This document shows, in pieces, positions 38,684 to 48,141 of a DNA stretch of 64,000 nucleotides (position 1 is its first letter; every line of letters begins with the position of its first letter). This DNA comes from Candidatus Bathyarchaeia archaeon. Lineage in GTDB: Archaea > Thermoproteota > Bathyarchaeia > Bathyarchaeales > Bathycorpusculaceae. The stretch spans positions 96,001 to 160,000 of the forward strand of contig JBEKWR010000003.1 of NCBI GenBank assembly GCA_049512935.1, written 5' to 3'. A program made the position numbers and the translations under genes. Below the pieces are notes generated by a model that searched no databases, was not told where the DNA came from, and worked only from the letters and a program-made list of their open reading frames with translations.

Positions 38684-40336
38684 CTACCGAGTTTTCTTTC
38701 CTATGCGTACAAAGCTGCCGATTGCTACAGTTGCCAAAACCAGTAATCCTGCTATGATTGCTATCTGAAGCGGACCTATAGTTGTGGTTGATGCGTTGCC
38801 TTTGTCTGCGAAGACAATTGACACTTGGTGTGTGCTGAAGTGTGTTGTGAACCATACGTAGTAGTTTTCGGCGTCTTGGCTGTAGCCTTGGTTTTCAGCT
38901 TTCTGGTGGTCAATGTAGATTGTGGGCGCTGCACCATATGACACCGAGTTTTTGGGAATGGTTAAGTTGCAAAAGCCCCAGTCGCCCGCTTGCCCTGCAA
39001 CGGTGAAGTTGATGGTGGTTTCAGCGCTTGACTGGTCAGTTACAAGGGAGGCGTTGGATATCTGCGAGGTGGTTATGTTGCCGCTGAAGCTTAGGCTAAG
39101 GATGGTTCCGTTAGTTTTAGTGACTTCGACAGTTGAAGGCGAAGGGCTATGTGCGGGTTGAGGTGCCGGAGGCAGTGGTTTCGCGTTGCCAAAGGCGTAG
39201 AGACAGCCGTAGAATGAAGCTATGTAGACTTCTCCGTTGTCGGCGGCTGGGCTGGATGAAATTACTGAGCCGTTGTCGCCGAAAATGGGTGTTGCAAACT
39301 TCCATAATTCAGCGCCGTTCGTCCCGTTTATGGCATAGACCATCCCGTCCCATGTTCCAAAGTAGACTACACCGCCTGCCACGGCTGGAGAATCGCTAAT
39401 ACCCCATCCTGATTCAGTCGTGAAGTTCCAGAGTTTGGAACCGTCGGAGGCGTTTAAGGCATAGAGGTTTCCGTTGGTTGACCCCGCATAGACGACGCCG
39501 TTTGCAACTGCCGGGTTCCCACTCCAAGCTGCTTGGGCGATGTTGAACTCCCAGACTTTGGCGCCGTTTTTCGCATTTAAGGCGACGAAGTTTTCCCAGC
39601 CTTCGCTTAGATAGACTATGCCGTTGTAGACCGACGGAGACCCGCCTTCACTGGTGGGGTAGCTCCATATTTTGGCTCCTGTAGCGCCGTTTAGAGCGTA
39701 CACCGCGCCGTCTTCTCCATTCACACTGAAGATTACCATGTTGCCGAAGACTGCTGGCGCACCATTTGTTATGTCAGATAAGACGCAGTTCCAAAGTTGC
39801 TTGCCGCTGGCTTCGTCCAACGCGTAGAAACGGTTGTCAACACCGTAATATGCGCCTGAGCTGCCTGCGTAGACGACGCCGTTGGCGACTGTTGGGTCTG
39901 TAAAACTTCGATTTGCACTGAATATCCAAAGAGTCATACCTGTGGATGCGTTCAAGGAGTACATAGAGTAGTTTGCTCCAATGAACACTCTTCCGTCAGC
40001 AACCGCGGGGCTAGAAGAAATGTCATTGACTTCATATCGCCATATGAATGCGCCGGTTGCGGCGTTGAAAGCGTCAACGTAACTTTTCCAGTTGCCCAAT
40101 GCGCCGTCATCTAAGCCGATGTAAACCACCCCGTTCACTACGACAGGCGAAGCCACAATCGGGTCGTTAGGCGTTGTGTAATTCCAAAGTTGTTTTGGTT
40201 CAAGAACAGGGTTGCCGTCTCCAGCTCCGCTGTGGACTGGGTCGTGACCCATCATCGACCAATTTGCATTGGCGGAGGGAAAAACAATAATTAAGCTGAA
40301 AAGTACGAATATGCAAATGACAGCTTTAGCGTTCAT
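38684..40336 (-). CDS. PQQ-like beta-propeller surface protein, paralogue of 21620-23308
   Basis: Same repeats and the same C-terminal SGNITxxQISN...YYVWFxTHFSTHQ domain; TM. Confidence 0.9.
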   Translation of the reverse strand: MNAKAVICIFVLFSLIIVFPSANANWSMMGHDPVHSGAGDGNPVLEPKQLWNYTTPNDPIVASPVVVNGVVYIGLDDGALGNWKSYVDAFNAATGAFIWRYEVNDISSSPAVADGRVFIGANYSMYSLNASTGMTLWIFSANRSFTDPTVANGVVYAGSSGAYYGVDNRFYALDEASGKQLWNCVLSDITNGAPAVFGNMVIFSVNGEDGAVYALNGATGAKIWSYPTSEGGSPSVYNGIVYLSEGWENFVALNAKNGAKVWEFNIAQAAWSGNPAVANGVVYAGSTNGNLYALNASDGSKLWNFTTESGWGISDSPAVAGGVVYFGTWDGMVYAINGTNGAELWKFATPIFGDNGSVISSSPAADNGEVYIASFYGCLYAFGNAKPLPPAPQPAHSPSPSTVEVTKTNGTILSLSFSGNITTSQISNASLVTDQSSAETTINFTVAGQAGDWGFCNLTIPKNSVSYGAAPTIYIDHQKAENQGYSQDAENYYVWFTTHFSTHQVSIVFADKGNASTTTIGPLQIAIIAGLLVLATVAIGSFVRIGKKTR

Positions 40337-40383
40337 GTTACTTCATGATTTCATTTCCTTGTCTTCTAAATAAAAGACTTTTC

Positions 40384-40422
40384 GTCAAGGTTTCTTGACT
40401 CGGTCAGTCAATTTTTCTTGAC
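40384..40422 (-). promoter_or_regulatory. Tandem GTCAA-N6-TTGAC operator (site 4)
   Basis: GTCAAGGTTTCTTGAC-N7-GTCAATTTTTCTTGAC; minus strand continues CGAAAAGTC-TTTTATTTA. Confidence 0.8.
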
Positions 40423-40538
40423 CTGATTTTTAGGTTCTCTTTCATGTGTTTGTTGCTTAGTCAATTGTTGCCTGCGGAAAATGTCAACAAATAAGCTGAG
40501 AAAACCGCTTGAATTGAAAAGAAAAGGAACGTGGTTTG

Positions 40539-41102
40539 CTAAACGTATTTTTTGTCGTTGTAGCAGTACCATCGGCTGTACTGTGGAATCCAAGTGAGGG
40601 GCTTGTTGCATGTGGGACACAGAGGCGGAGAAGACTGTTTCTTGGGCTCTGCCTTCTCAGGCTTTTTCTCGTCGAACACTTCCTGCCAGTCTTCCTGTTT
40701 TCCAAGCTGGCTCATGTCAGGGTACTTCTTTTCGTTGTAGCAGTACCATCTGCTGTACTGAGGAATCCACGTAAGCGGCTGATTGCATGTTGGACACATC
40801 GGCTGAGTGGATTTTGAGGCGGAAGCGGCAGGCTGCGTGGTTTTAACTTGCTCCTGCTGAGGCTCAACGTTGGCGGTGCTTTGCCCCGCGGGCTTCAAAA
40901 TAATGAAGTCGCTGGCGGCTTGAATATCCTTCCACTCGATGGTTTGGATTTCCCCGCTTTCGTCTTCAACTGCTAACGAGATGCCTGATTTTCCAACTTC
41001 AAAGACCACGTCCTTGACCTTCCCCACAAGTCGACCTTTCGAGTCGATGACCTGCATCGAGGCCAATGCGTCTTTAGTTAACGGCTTATCTTTTTTCGGC
41101 AT
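40539..41102 (-). CDS. PRC-barrel protein with two C-terminal zinc-ribbon-like repeats
   Basis: VIDSKGRLVGKVKDV...IEWKDIQAASDFIIL; 2x CPTCNxPLTWIPQYSRWYCYN(E/D)KKY. Confidence 0.82.
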   Translation of the reverse strand: MPKKDKPLTKDALASMQVIDSKGRLVGKVKDVVFEVGKSGISLAVEDESGEIQTIEWKDIQAASDFIILKPAGQSTANVEPQQEQVKTTQPAASASKSTQPMCPTCNQPLTWIPQYSRWYCYNEKKYPDMSQLGKQEDWQEVFDEKKPEKAEPKKQSSPPLCPTCNKPLTWIPQYSRWYCYNDKKYV

Positions 41103-41181
41103 GTTACCACTCCCTCTTTGATTAGCGTTCTTGTTTAAAGAATTTTCGTTTTTTCAGCCGAAAACGCGCCGGCTGCCTCGT

Positions 41182-41246
41182 TGCGCCGGGATTTCCGAGT
41201 AGCTGATGACGTCGCCTTTCACCCATTTGCCGCCTAAACTTCTGAC
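41182..41246 (-). repeat. Duplicated 3' end of gene 42697-43239 (direct repeat of 42707-42771)
   Basis: 65 bp with 4 mismatches by manual alignment. Confidence 0.9.
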
Positions 41247-41478
41247 GAAATTCATAAGAAAAACAAATTGCCGATTTCTTGCATTCTCTCAAATTTTACG
41301 CTCAATAGACGTTTCTTCTGCTTTGAAGTAACATCTACTTGCAATCTAAGCCTTTTATCAGAAAAATTTGCTTGCAAAAATGGCGCTTTTTCGGTTGTAT
41401 GGTTCTCTAAAGAGAACCATACCGTTCTGCAGGGAGAGTTATTAACGACACAACCAAAATAGAATTTTGGGAAAAGTG

Positions 41479-42186
41479 ATGAAAACAAGCACCAGATTGG
41501 TAGCAATTGGCATTGGCGCTTTGCTGATTGGAGTACTCTTGGCATATCCCCTTCTCACCACAAACCTAAACTATGCTCCGCCGAAGAACTCTATTGGCAG
41601 AGTGAGAATAGGCGTAGATGTGGTTTATGCCTATTTTGCTTTAGACCCTAACCAGACTGATACTGGTTTTTGGCAATCTTACGGCTTAAACGCTGAAGCA
41701 GGTATAGTAAATTACCTCATAATTCTAAACGTTACAAATTATTCGAACGAAACCGTCTACATGGATCATTTCGACGTAGATGCTGCAGAGTCCTATTACT
41801 CTGTTAATAACCAAACGACGGTTATAAGCGACATAAGAAGCCCATTCCTAGAGTGCAGCAGGGAAACTACTGGTGAGTACGATAGACTCCACCAAGTAGC
41901 ACCTGCAGCCACGAGGTGGGAATCAGGGGAATCACGCTTAGTCGCTTTTTCAGGAACAGATGAAATAACTAATACCACACTGTTACGAACTGGATCGTTT
42001 TACATTGGCGGGGAAGCGGAAGGTGCCCCAATAAACGGAGTCGCCTCGCAAGCATACGGCGTGGGGTCAAAACTAATCGAAACAACTATTTCTGGAAATG
42101 AGTTTATTTACAATAATCTCTTATTTGGAAATGAAATATTGCATTTTGAGTACGATGGACAGATTGCATATGTGGGCGAAGGGTAA
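41479..42186 (+). CDS. N-terminally anchored exported protein
   Basis: Basic N-terminus + TM; beta-rich; several NxS/T sequons. Confidence 0.75.
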   Translation: MKTSTRLVAIGIGALLIGVLLAYPLLTTNLNYAPPKNSIGRVRIGVDVVYAYFALDPNQTDTGFWQSYGLNAEAGIVNYLIILNVTNYSNETVYMDHFDVDAAESYYSVNNQTTVISDIRSPFLECSRETTGEYDRLHQVAPAATRWESGESRLVAFSGTDEITNTTLLRTGSFYIGGEAEGAPINGVASQAYGVGSKLIETTISGNEFIYNNLLFGNEILHFEYDGQIAYVGEG

Positions 42187-42191
42187 CTGCG

Positions 42192-42677
42192 ATGGCATTT
42201 AACAGTGATGAGCTTGAAGGCACCACTTTTGACGTCTACCTTTTTGTTGCTAAAGAAAATCGACCGGTGGGAACTCGTGATGTCATACGCGGCCTGAATC
42301 TAAGCAGTCCGAGTGTTGCTTTCAGGCATTTGCAAAAACTTGAAGCATTGGGTTTACTTCAAAAGAGCGAATTCGGGGAATATACTCTCAAAGAGAAAGC
42401 AGGCATTCAAGGCCACATATGGATAGGCCGAAATCTTATTCCTCGTTTGATTATCTACTCACTGTTTTTTCTAGGCTTATTCATTGCAGAGGTAGCAATA
42501 TTAATCACTCTTTTTTTTATCCGACACCAATCCCCAGGAATCGATTTTGTTTACCTCACTCTTGTGACCGCGCTAGCGATTATTCTCTTATCTACTGAAG
42601 GCGCACTCCTTTTATTAAAAACCAAGAATGGATTTAGGGGCAGTCAAAAGAAAATCAAGGGAACCACCGCGCCTTAG
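42192..42677 (+). CDS. Membrane-bound winged-HTH transcription regulator (2 TM)
   Basis: GTTFDVY...PVGTRDVIRGLNLSSPSVAFRHLQKLEALGLL...GEY followed by two TM helices. Confidence 0.82.
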   Translation: MAFNSDELEGTTFDVYLFVAKENRPVGTRDVIRGLNLSSPSVAFRHLQKLEALGLLQKSEFGEYTLKEKAGIQGHIWIGRNLIPRLIIYSLFFLGLFIAEVAILITLFFIRHQSPGIDFVYLTLVTALAIILLSTEGALLLLKTKNGFRGSQKKIKGTTAP

Positions 42678-42696
42678 CTGTGCTCAAACCAGACTG

Positions 42697-43239
42697 TCAA
42701 CTCTGCTGTGCCGGGATTTCCCAGTAGCTGATGATGTCGCCTTTCACCCATTTTCCGCCTAAACTTCTGACAACCTCGTTTATGTCATCCCACTCTTCTT
42801 TCAGAAACTGAATAGGCTTAACCACCACGCAGTCGCCCTTGACCTGGAAGCTGAGGACTTTGCGCTGGTCTGGGCTGAACTCGTTTTCCCACTTGCCAGT
42901 GGATTTGACTGGCTGAGCCTGCATGGTCTTCGCGGCTACTGGCTTAGGCTCACCTTTAGGTTCTGCCTTGGCTGTTGCAACAGGCTTAGACGCTGCCTTA
43001 AGCTCCGCGCCCTTAGTTAAGGTCAACTCGGGAATCGGCATGCACTCTGCGATGTCTTCAAACGTGTCGCTTCTAACCACGGCAAGCACCTGCCTGGAAA
43101 ACAGGTCAAGCTTAAGGTCTAACAGTTCGGCGTCTGCGGGCAGGTTTGACGCAAAAGCTGAGGCTTCTCCCTGCAGCAACTTCATGAGCATTTCTGGGGT
43201 TAGTTTGATAACTCTGATTTTCATGTTTTTAGCTCTCAA
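42697..43239 (-). CDS. Two-domain hypothetical protein
   Basis: Ala/Pro/Lys linker; C-terminal WDDINEVVRSLGGKWV...YWEIP domain. Confidence 0.75.
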   Translation of the reverse strand: MRAKNMKIRVIKLTPEMLMKLLQGEASAFASNLPADAELLDLKLDLFSRQVLAVVRSDTFEDIAECMPIPELTLTKGAELKAASKPVATAKAEPKGEPKPVAAKTMQAQPVKSTGKWENEFSPDQRKVLSFQVKGDCVVVKPIQFLKEEWDDINEVVRSLGGKWVKGDIISYWEIPAQQS

Positions 43240-43323
43240 GGTGCCTTTAGGTCATCGATAACTTAAAAGCATTATCCACAGGTATGCGGCAAAGCCTTTC
43301 CCGCGTTTAATTAAGCTATTTTT

Positions 43324-43950
43324 TCAGGCTTGGTTTGCTTGGGCTTTGGCTCTCAAGGCTCTCCAATCGGCGAAGTTGCCAGAATAAACCCCCCAGTTTT
43401 TCAGCTTGGGTGTAACCGCTTTGAGTAAAGCCGGGCAGACAGCAAGTTGGATAACCAAGTTTAGGCTGTAGGTGGAAACAAGGACAAGTGTGAAGGAGAA
43501 CTTGCCTATGAAATTGAAGGGGAGAAGTCCTATGTTGAAGAGGTACAGGTACTGCCACAGGATGTAGGTGGTGCCTACGAAAAGGGTAACCGCGTACACA
43601 ATCATGAGAAGAACCAAGTTTCTTTTGTTTCTGCCTTCCACAGCGTTCCGAGGTATGAGAACCCAGTTTAAGCCGAAGATGATTAGTGCAGTAACCGATT
43701 CTACCCATGCAGCGTAAGGAGGTACTCCCTCAACGTACAATCCTCCGATGAAAGCGCCAATCATGCTGCCGACGAGTCCTGGCCAGCCAAACCAAACTGG
43801 GAGGACACCTAGTAGAATGACTGGAAGGTAAAGAAGCGTGAAACCCGGTAACATACCTATTGCTGACCCATAGAATAATACGGCGTAAAGTGCGGCTACC
43901 ATCGCCATTATTGAAACTTGTTTTGCTTTGCTTTGTTTTTGAGGCAGCAT
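43324..43950 (-). CDS. ECF transporter S-component-like protein (QueT-like)
   Basis: AMVAALYAVL, PVWFG...GSMIGAFIG, multiple TM. Confidence 0.6.
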   Translation of the reverse strand: MLPQKQSKAKQVSIMAMVAALYAVLFYGSAIGMLPGFTLLYLPVILLGVLPVWFGWPGLVGSMIGAFIGGLYVEGVPPYAAWVESVTALIIFGLNWVLIPRNAVEGRNKRNLVLLMIVYAVTLFVGTTYILWQYLYLFNIGLLPFNFIGKFSFTLVLVSTYSLNLVIQLAVCPALLKAVTPKLKNWGVYSGNFADWRALRAKAQANQA

Positions 43951-44156
43951 GTTATTCGTCCTTCAGGCTGGGCTTGAGGGGTTGGAATCGGATAAAAGTG
44001 TTTTCCCGTGTAAGACGATTGTAACACGCGGCGGGCGAAGACCTGTGTTCAAACCTTTTTGCCGCCTATGTGGTGGAGAGTTGAACCTCAATTTCGGCTA
44101 AAGTATAAAAGTTTCAGCAATAGTAATAAGTAAAAATCGCCGATCGCGGGTAAACA

Positions 44157-45086
44157 ATGACTTCCAAACTACCATCAGCCAAAACCATTTTCGTAATAGC
44201 AGTCGCAGTAGTCATCGCACTGAACCTGTACACTCTCGTGTTGGCTTACCCGCAGACATACACGCCTTCACACGGAATCACCCCTTCGGCGCCAATACTT
44301 GCAAAAGACTTCTCAGCCTACTACATGGGCGCATGGCGCCTCTGGCACAACCCATCACACATATACACTTCAGGCTCCCTAAACGATGGAGAACCAGTCA
44401 TCTTGCCGCACCCTGAAACCTACAAGTACCTGCCTTCGTTTCTGCTCCTCGTCTCGCCCTTTCTTTCGCTAAGCTATCAGCAAGCGCTCACAGCCTTCGA
44501 CATCGTCCAGTTCCTCATGCTTCCCCTCATGGCATACTTCATCTACAAAATCCTGAGTGACAAACCTCTTGCAGTGACCTTCATAGTCATTCTAATCGCA
44601 CTTTTTCTGCCCCTCCCGTTCCCGCAGTGGGGCTTCTCGCCGAGCTACTATTGGCAGTGGGGCGAAGGACAAGCCAAAGTCTTCATCACCTTCCTGCTAC
44701 TGCTCTCCTTCTACCTCGGCTGGCGCGGCAAACCAGTCCTGTCTGGAGTTGCCTTTGCGTTTGGGTTCTTTGACCCAAGGTTCGGATTGCTCGCGATACC
44801 CCTCTTCGTGTCGTACAACCGAAAAAACCTCAAACTCGCCAGTGCAAGCGCGGTCGTCTCGGTGCTGCTATCAAATGGAATGTTGCTGGTTTCAGGCATC
44901 GGCTCAGGCTTCCTATCCATGGTTTTCTCCAATGCCGTAGCAACACCGCTCTTCTACTACTCGTACATCCCGCTAGTCACGCTGTCTGCTTTAATCGCGG
45001 TTAACTTCAAAGAGGAAGGTCGCGCCTTCGGCTTAATTAAAACTAAAAGTCGTCCTAAAAACACGGAAAAACCGCAAAAAGACTAG
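44157..45086 (+). CDS. GT87 (DUF2029)-like membrane glycosyltransferase
   Basis: DFSAYY, YKYLPSF, GQ motif, multiple TM. Confidence 0.7.
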   Translation: MTSKLPSAKTIFVIAVAVVIALNLYTLVLAYPQTYTPSHGITPSAPILAKDFSAYYMGAWRLWHNPSHIYTSGSLNDGEPVILPHPETYKYLPSFLLLVSPFLSLSYQQALTAFDIVQFLMLPLMAYFIYKILSDKPLAVTFIVILIALFLPLPFPQWGFSPSYYWQWGEGQAKVFITFLLLLSFYLGWRGKPVLSGVAFAFGFFDPRFGLLAIPLFVSYNRKNLKLASASAVVSVLLSNGMLLVSGIGSGFLSMVFSNAVATPLFYYSYIPLVTLSALIAVNFKEEGRAFGLIKTKSRPKNTEKPQKD

Positions 45087-45224
45087 TCAAAGCAAGCCCT
45101 TGTTGCTGCCGCGTTTCGTCTGCCTGCAAAATAGACTAAATACCCAAATGTTATAGGCAACATACGTGTTTAGCTTCTCATGCGCTCGACTGACGCATCC
45201 AATCCTGATCATCGGTGAGAGAGA

Positions 45225-46721
45225 ATGGGTGCACGTTCACGAAACAAACAAAGAAGGCAGGAAACGCTCTCTAGCGAGACGAAAATAATCGTTATCGGCT
45301 TAGTGGTCGCCATAATCGGGTCAGTGATAGCGAGCTCCTACCAGAAGGCGACGCTTACAAACTACGCTGGCTTCGGCATGCTGCTCGCCGGAATATCCGT
45401 TCTCATCTTCGGCACGTGCGCCACGGCTTGCGCAACGGTTAACGACCGCTTCGCCCAGTTTCCCGCGAAAAAAGCGGGCAAACCAAGAATGCTGGCTCTG
45501 AGCATATGGACTATCGGAATCGGCTTAATCCTCAGCATCATCGGCTCCATACTGAGCAGCAACTACGCCAAAAACTCATTCATGAATGTCGACGGATTCA
45601 GGATGCTTTTGGTTGGCATATGTTTTTTCGTTCTCGGAATATTCGGGACGCTTTTAGGCACTTTGCAGGCTAACTTGAACAGGAACAGGCGCCAAGCAGG
45701 TTTGCGGGGTGCCTGCCCAAGGTCTCTGTCCTCCAGCATACTGTCCATCGGCGTCGGGCTGGCCCTGATTATCGTGGGCTCAATTGTGGCTGGTTCCGCC
45801 GCGAAGGAAACAATCACGAACTACACGGGTTTTGGAATGCTGTTGGTAGGCATAGCCACCTTGACTCTGGGAATGTCAGGAACCGCCGTGACAATCGTCA
45901 AAAGCATCTTGGACTTGAACAAAGAGGATAGCGATGAAGGCAGGCCTGTGCTGGGCAGCATCTGGGCAATCGGCATAGGCGTAATGCTCCTTATCATCGG
46001 CTCCTTGATTGCTGGCTCCTACGCCAAAACAACCACGATGAACTACTCGGGCTTCGGCCTGATGCTGTCAGGTACAGGTATCTTCGTGTACGGACTTTTC
46101 GAAACCGCGCGTTTCTCAGCCATGGGCTACCTGAGCGGCAGATGGGCTGGAAACCGCGAAAAAAGCGACAGCGAACCCAGAGCCAGAAACTTCTGGGGAA
46201 ACATTGTGAAATCAACCGCCGTGCTCAACCTTGCAGGGGTGATGGTTGCTATGGGACTGCTTTTCTTCAGCCTCTGGCAACTTGACCTTATCGTGAGTGG
46301 ACCAGTATGGTGGCAGTCGCCGACGAATCCTTACGGCGCAGGATGGAGTTGGCCTGGGCCTGGTGCCTACGCGAAAGACCGCTTCCAATGCTTCCTGTGG
46401 GTAACCACCGTCGGACAGGCATACGATACCCTGTTCATGCTGATCTTCATCTCATTCATAATCCTGTTTGCAAGCGCATTCTTCTGGCCGCGCTCAAGAG
46501 GAAACCTCGATTTGGCTCCTAAACCCAAGTCCCGCAGCACAACAAGAAATCCCAAGACCACGGCGCGAAGAAGCAACGCACAGAAAAGTCAGCCCACAGC
46601 CACTGAATCCACGGACGCTCCTCCAGAAAAACCTGCCGAATCGCCTGTTGTTTCCCAAGAGGAAACGCCGCAATCTCCTGTCTATGCTCAAGAAGACGAT
46701 GGCGCCTTGGGTGGGACTTGA
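45225..46721 (+). CDS. Polytopic membrane protein with four helical-hairpin repeats
   Basis: 4x IG...IIGS...K...NYxGFGMLLxG; Trp-rich final loop; disordered tail. Confidence 0.8.
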   Translation: MGARSRNKQRRQETLSSETKIIVIGLVVAIIGSVIASSYQKATLTNYAGFGMLLAGISVLIFGTCATACATVNDRFAQFPAKKAGKPRMLALSIWTIGIGLILSIIGSILSSNYAKNSFMNVDGFRMLLVGICFFVLGIFGTLLGTLQANLNRNRRQAGLRGACPRSLSSSILSIGVGLALIIVGSIVAGSAAKETITNYTGFGMLLVGIATLTLGMSGTAVTIVKSILDLNKEDSDEGRPVLGSIWAIGIGVMLLIIGSLIAGSYAKTTTMNYSGFGLMLSGTGIFVYGLFETARFSAMGYLSGRWAGNREKSDSEPRARNFWGNIVKSTAVLNLAGVMVAMGLLFFSLWQLDLIVSGPVWWQSPTNPYGAGWSWPGPGAYAKDRFQCFLWVTTVGQAYDTLFMLIFISFIILFASAFFWPRSRGNLDLAPKPKSRSTTRNPKTTARRSNAQKSQPTATESTDAPPEKPAESPVVSQEETPQSPVYAQEDDGALGGT

Positions 46722-46725
46722 ACCT
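46700..46725 (-). repeat. Degenerate tRNA 3'-end fragment (array boundary 1)
   Basis: Minus strand GGTTCAAGTCCCACCCAAGGCGCCA; 15-bp core identical to tRNA-Leu 49450-49464. Confidence 0.7.
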
Positions 46726-46811
46726 ATAAAAGCCATCGGCTCGCAGACAGGTTTTTTACTACGAAATTGTAGTAATTCCTTATTAGTGGGAAATGCTAAT
46801 AAATACTGAGA

Positions 46812-47072
46812 ATGAGACAGATGGCTTCAGTAACGGTCACAAGGCATTCACAAGTCACAATACCCAAAGAAATACGTGAAGAAGTGGGCATAACGGAAGG
46901 AGATAAGCTGAAAATGAGCGTAGTGGAAGGCAACAAGATAGTGATTGAAAAAGCTAACCCAGACGCGTGGAAAGATTGCACAGACTTTTTGCCTGAGGAC
47001 TTCGAAAAAGTGCTAGCATCTCTACGCTCCGACTCAACCAACAGATTCAAGCGCCTAGGGCTGGTTCCCTGA
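46812..47072 (+). CDS. vapB: AbrB/MazE-type antitoxin
   Basis: QVTIPKEIREEVGITEGD. Confidence 0.88.
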   Translation: MRQMASVTVTRHSQVTIPKEIREEVGITEGDKLKMSVVEGNKIVIEKANPDAWKDCTDFLPEDFEKVLASLRSDSTNRFKRLGLVP

Positions 47073-47073
47073 A

Positions 47074-47538
47074 TTGCCAGAAAAAAAGAAAGCGGCTGCA
47101 AAAGAACTGAAAACTGTATTCGTTGACACCTCGATAATTGTGGATGTCGACAGGGGAAAAGAGGACGTAATAGAGCTTTGTAAAACATTAACGAGCACCA
47201 ATAGCGCTTTTATAAGCACCGTAAGCGTTTCCGAAATATTGACTGGGGCATATCTGAGAAAAGACTACAAGGCCGCCGTAAAGAAAGCGGAAAAGGTGCT
47301 TGGTCAATTTCGCTGGGTCACATTAAACGGTGAGGCAGCAAAGCTTGTTGCTGAACTGAATGCGTATCTGCTCTCAAAAGGGCAACCGATAGAGTACCAA
47401 GATGTGGCAATTGCCGCTTCCTTTCTTCTGGAGTGCTGCGATGTGATGCTGACCGAAAATAAAGACCATTTTGAGAGGCTTCCTAACCTGAAAGGCAAAG
47501 TAATGACTCCCAAAGAGTTTCGCCAAGAATTCTATTAA
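47074..47538 (+). CDS. vapC: PIN-domain toxin
   Basis: FVDTSII, SVSE, DVAIAA, TENKDHF. Confidence 0.9.
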   Translation: MPEKKKAAAKELKTVFVDTSIIVDVDRGKEDVIELCKTLTSTNSAFISTVSVSEILTGAYLRKDYKAAVKKAEKVLGQFRWVTLNGEAAKLVAELNAYLLSKGQPIEYQDVAIAASFLLECCDVMLTENKDHFERLPNLKGKVMTPKEFRQEFY

Positions 47539-47605
47539 TGGTAACCTCCTTTTTTGTTGCTTTAACTCAAAAATTAGTAACTTTGATTTTACTAAGGTTA
47601 CTCAG

Positions 47606-47630
47606 TAGCGCCCAGGTGGGACTTGAACCT
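47606..47630 (-). repeat. Degenerate tRNA 3'-end fragment (array boundary 2)
   Basis: Minus strand GGTTCAAGTCCCACCTGGGCGCTA; same 15-bp core. Confidence 0.7.
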
Positions 47631-48022
47631 AAAATCGGCAGAAATATCAGCCACATTTCCCTTTTTTAATCTAAAGTGAATGTTAGAACAGTTTCCTAAA
47701 CAAAGTCAAGTCTTTTCTCTTCAAACCGACAAATGAATATAAATCCCTGAAAACGGAATAGCTAAGATATTAGCCACCCAGATTTTTATTAACAACCCGT
47801 TGAATGCTTTTTACCGTTGCTTCCATTCCTTTTTTCCTTTGTTTTTTGTCTGTCCTTTTACGTCGCTTTTCGGTTTGTTTTTAGTTTTGTTTTTTATTTT
47901 GAACCCTCCTTACTCATCATTCAACTATTCAATTGTCCTCCACGCTTATTCGGTTTGCCTCTCTCGAACTATAAATAGTGCACATTGTAAATTTTAAAAC
48001 CGCCAAAGGACCCTAATTCTAT

Positions 48023-48127
48023 CTAGCCTATTTTAATTGCAATCGGCTTCTCGTTTTCTTCAACTTGTTTTTCCATCGCTTTTCTTGAAATGGTCATATC
48101 TGCTTGATCAAAGACTACAACAATCAT
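48023..48127 (-). pseudogene. Possible truncated PIN toxin remnant (34 aa, MIVVVFD...)
   Basis: Starts 14 bp after the AbrB stop with a PIN-like first strand ending in Asp, then diverges. Confidence 0.35.
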
Positions 48128-48141
48128 TGCAATTTCAAGCC

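Noticed and set aside
43960-44100. preQ1 riboswitch upstream of the QueT-like gene
   Set aside because: GAGGTTC is present on the minus strand but there is no matching P1 stem or A-rich tail, and a TATA-like box lies between it and the start codon.
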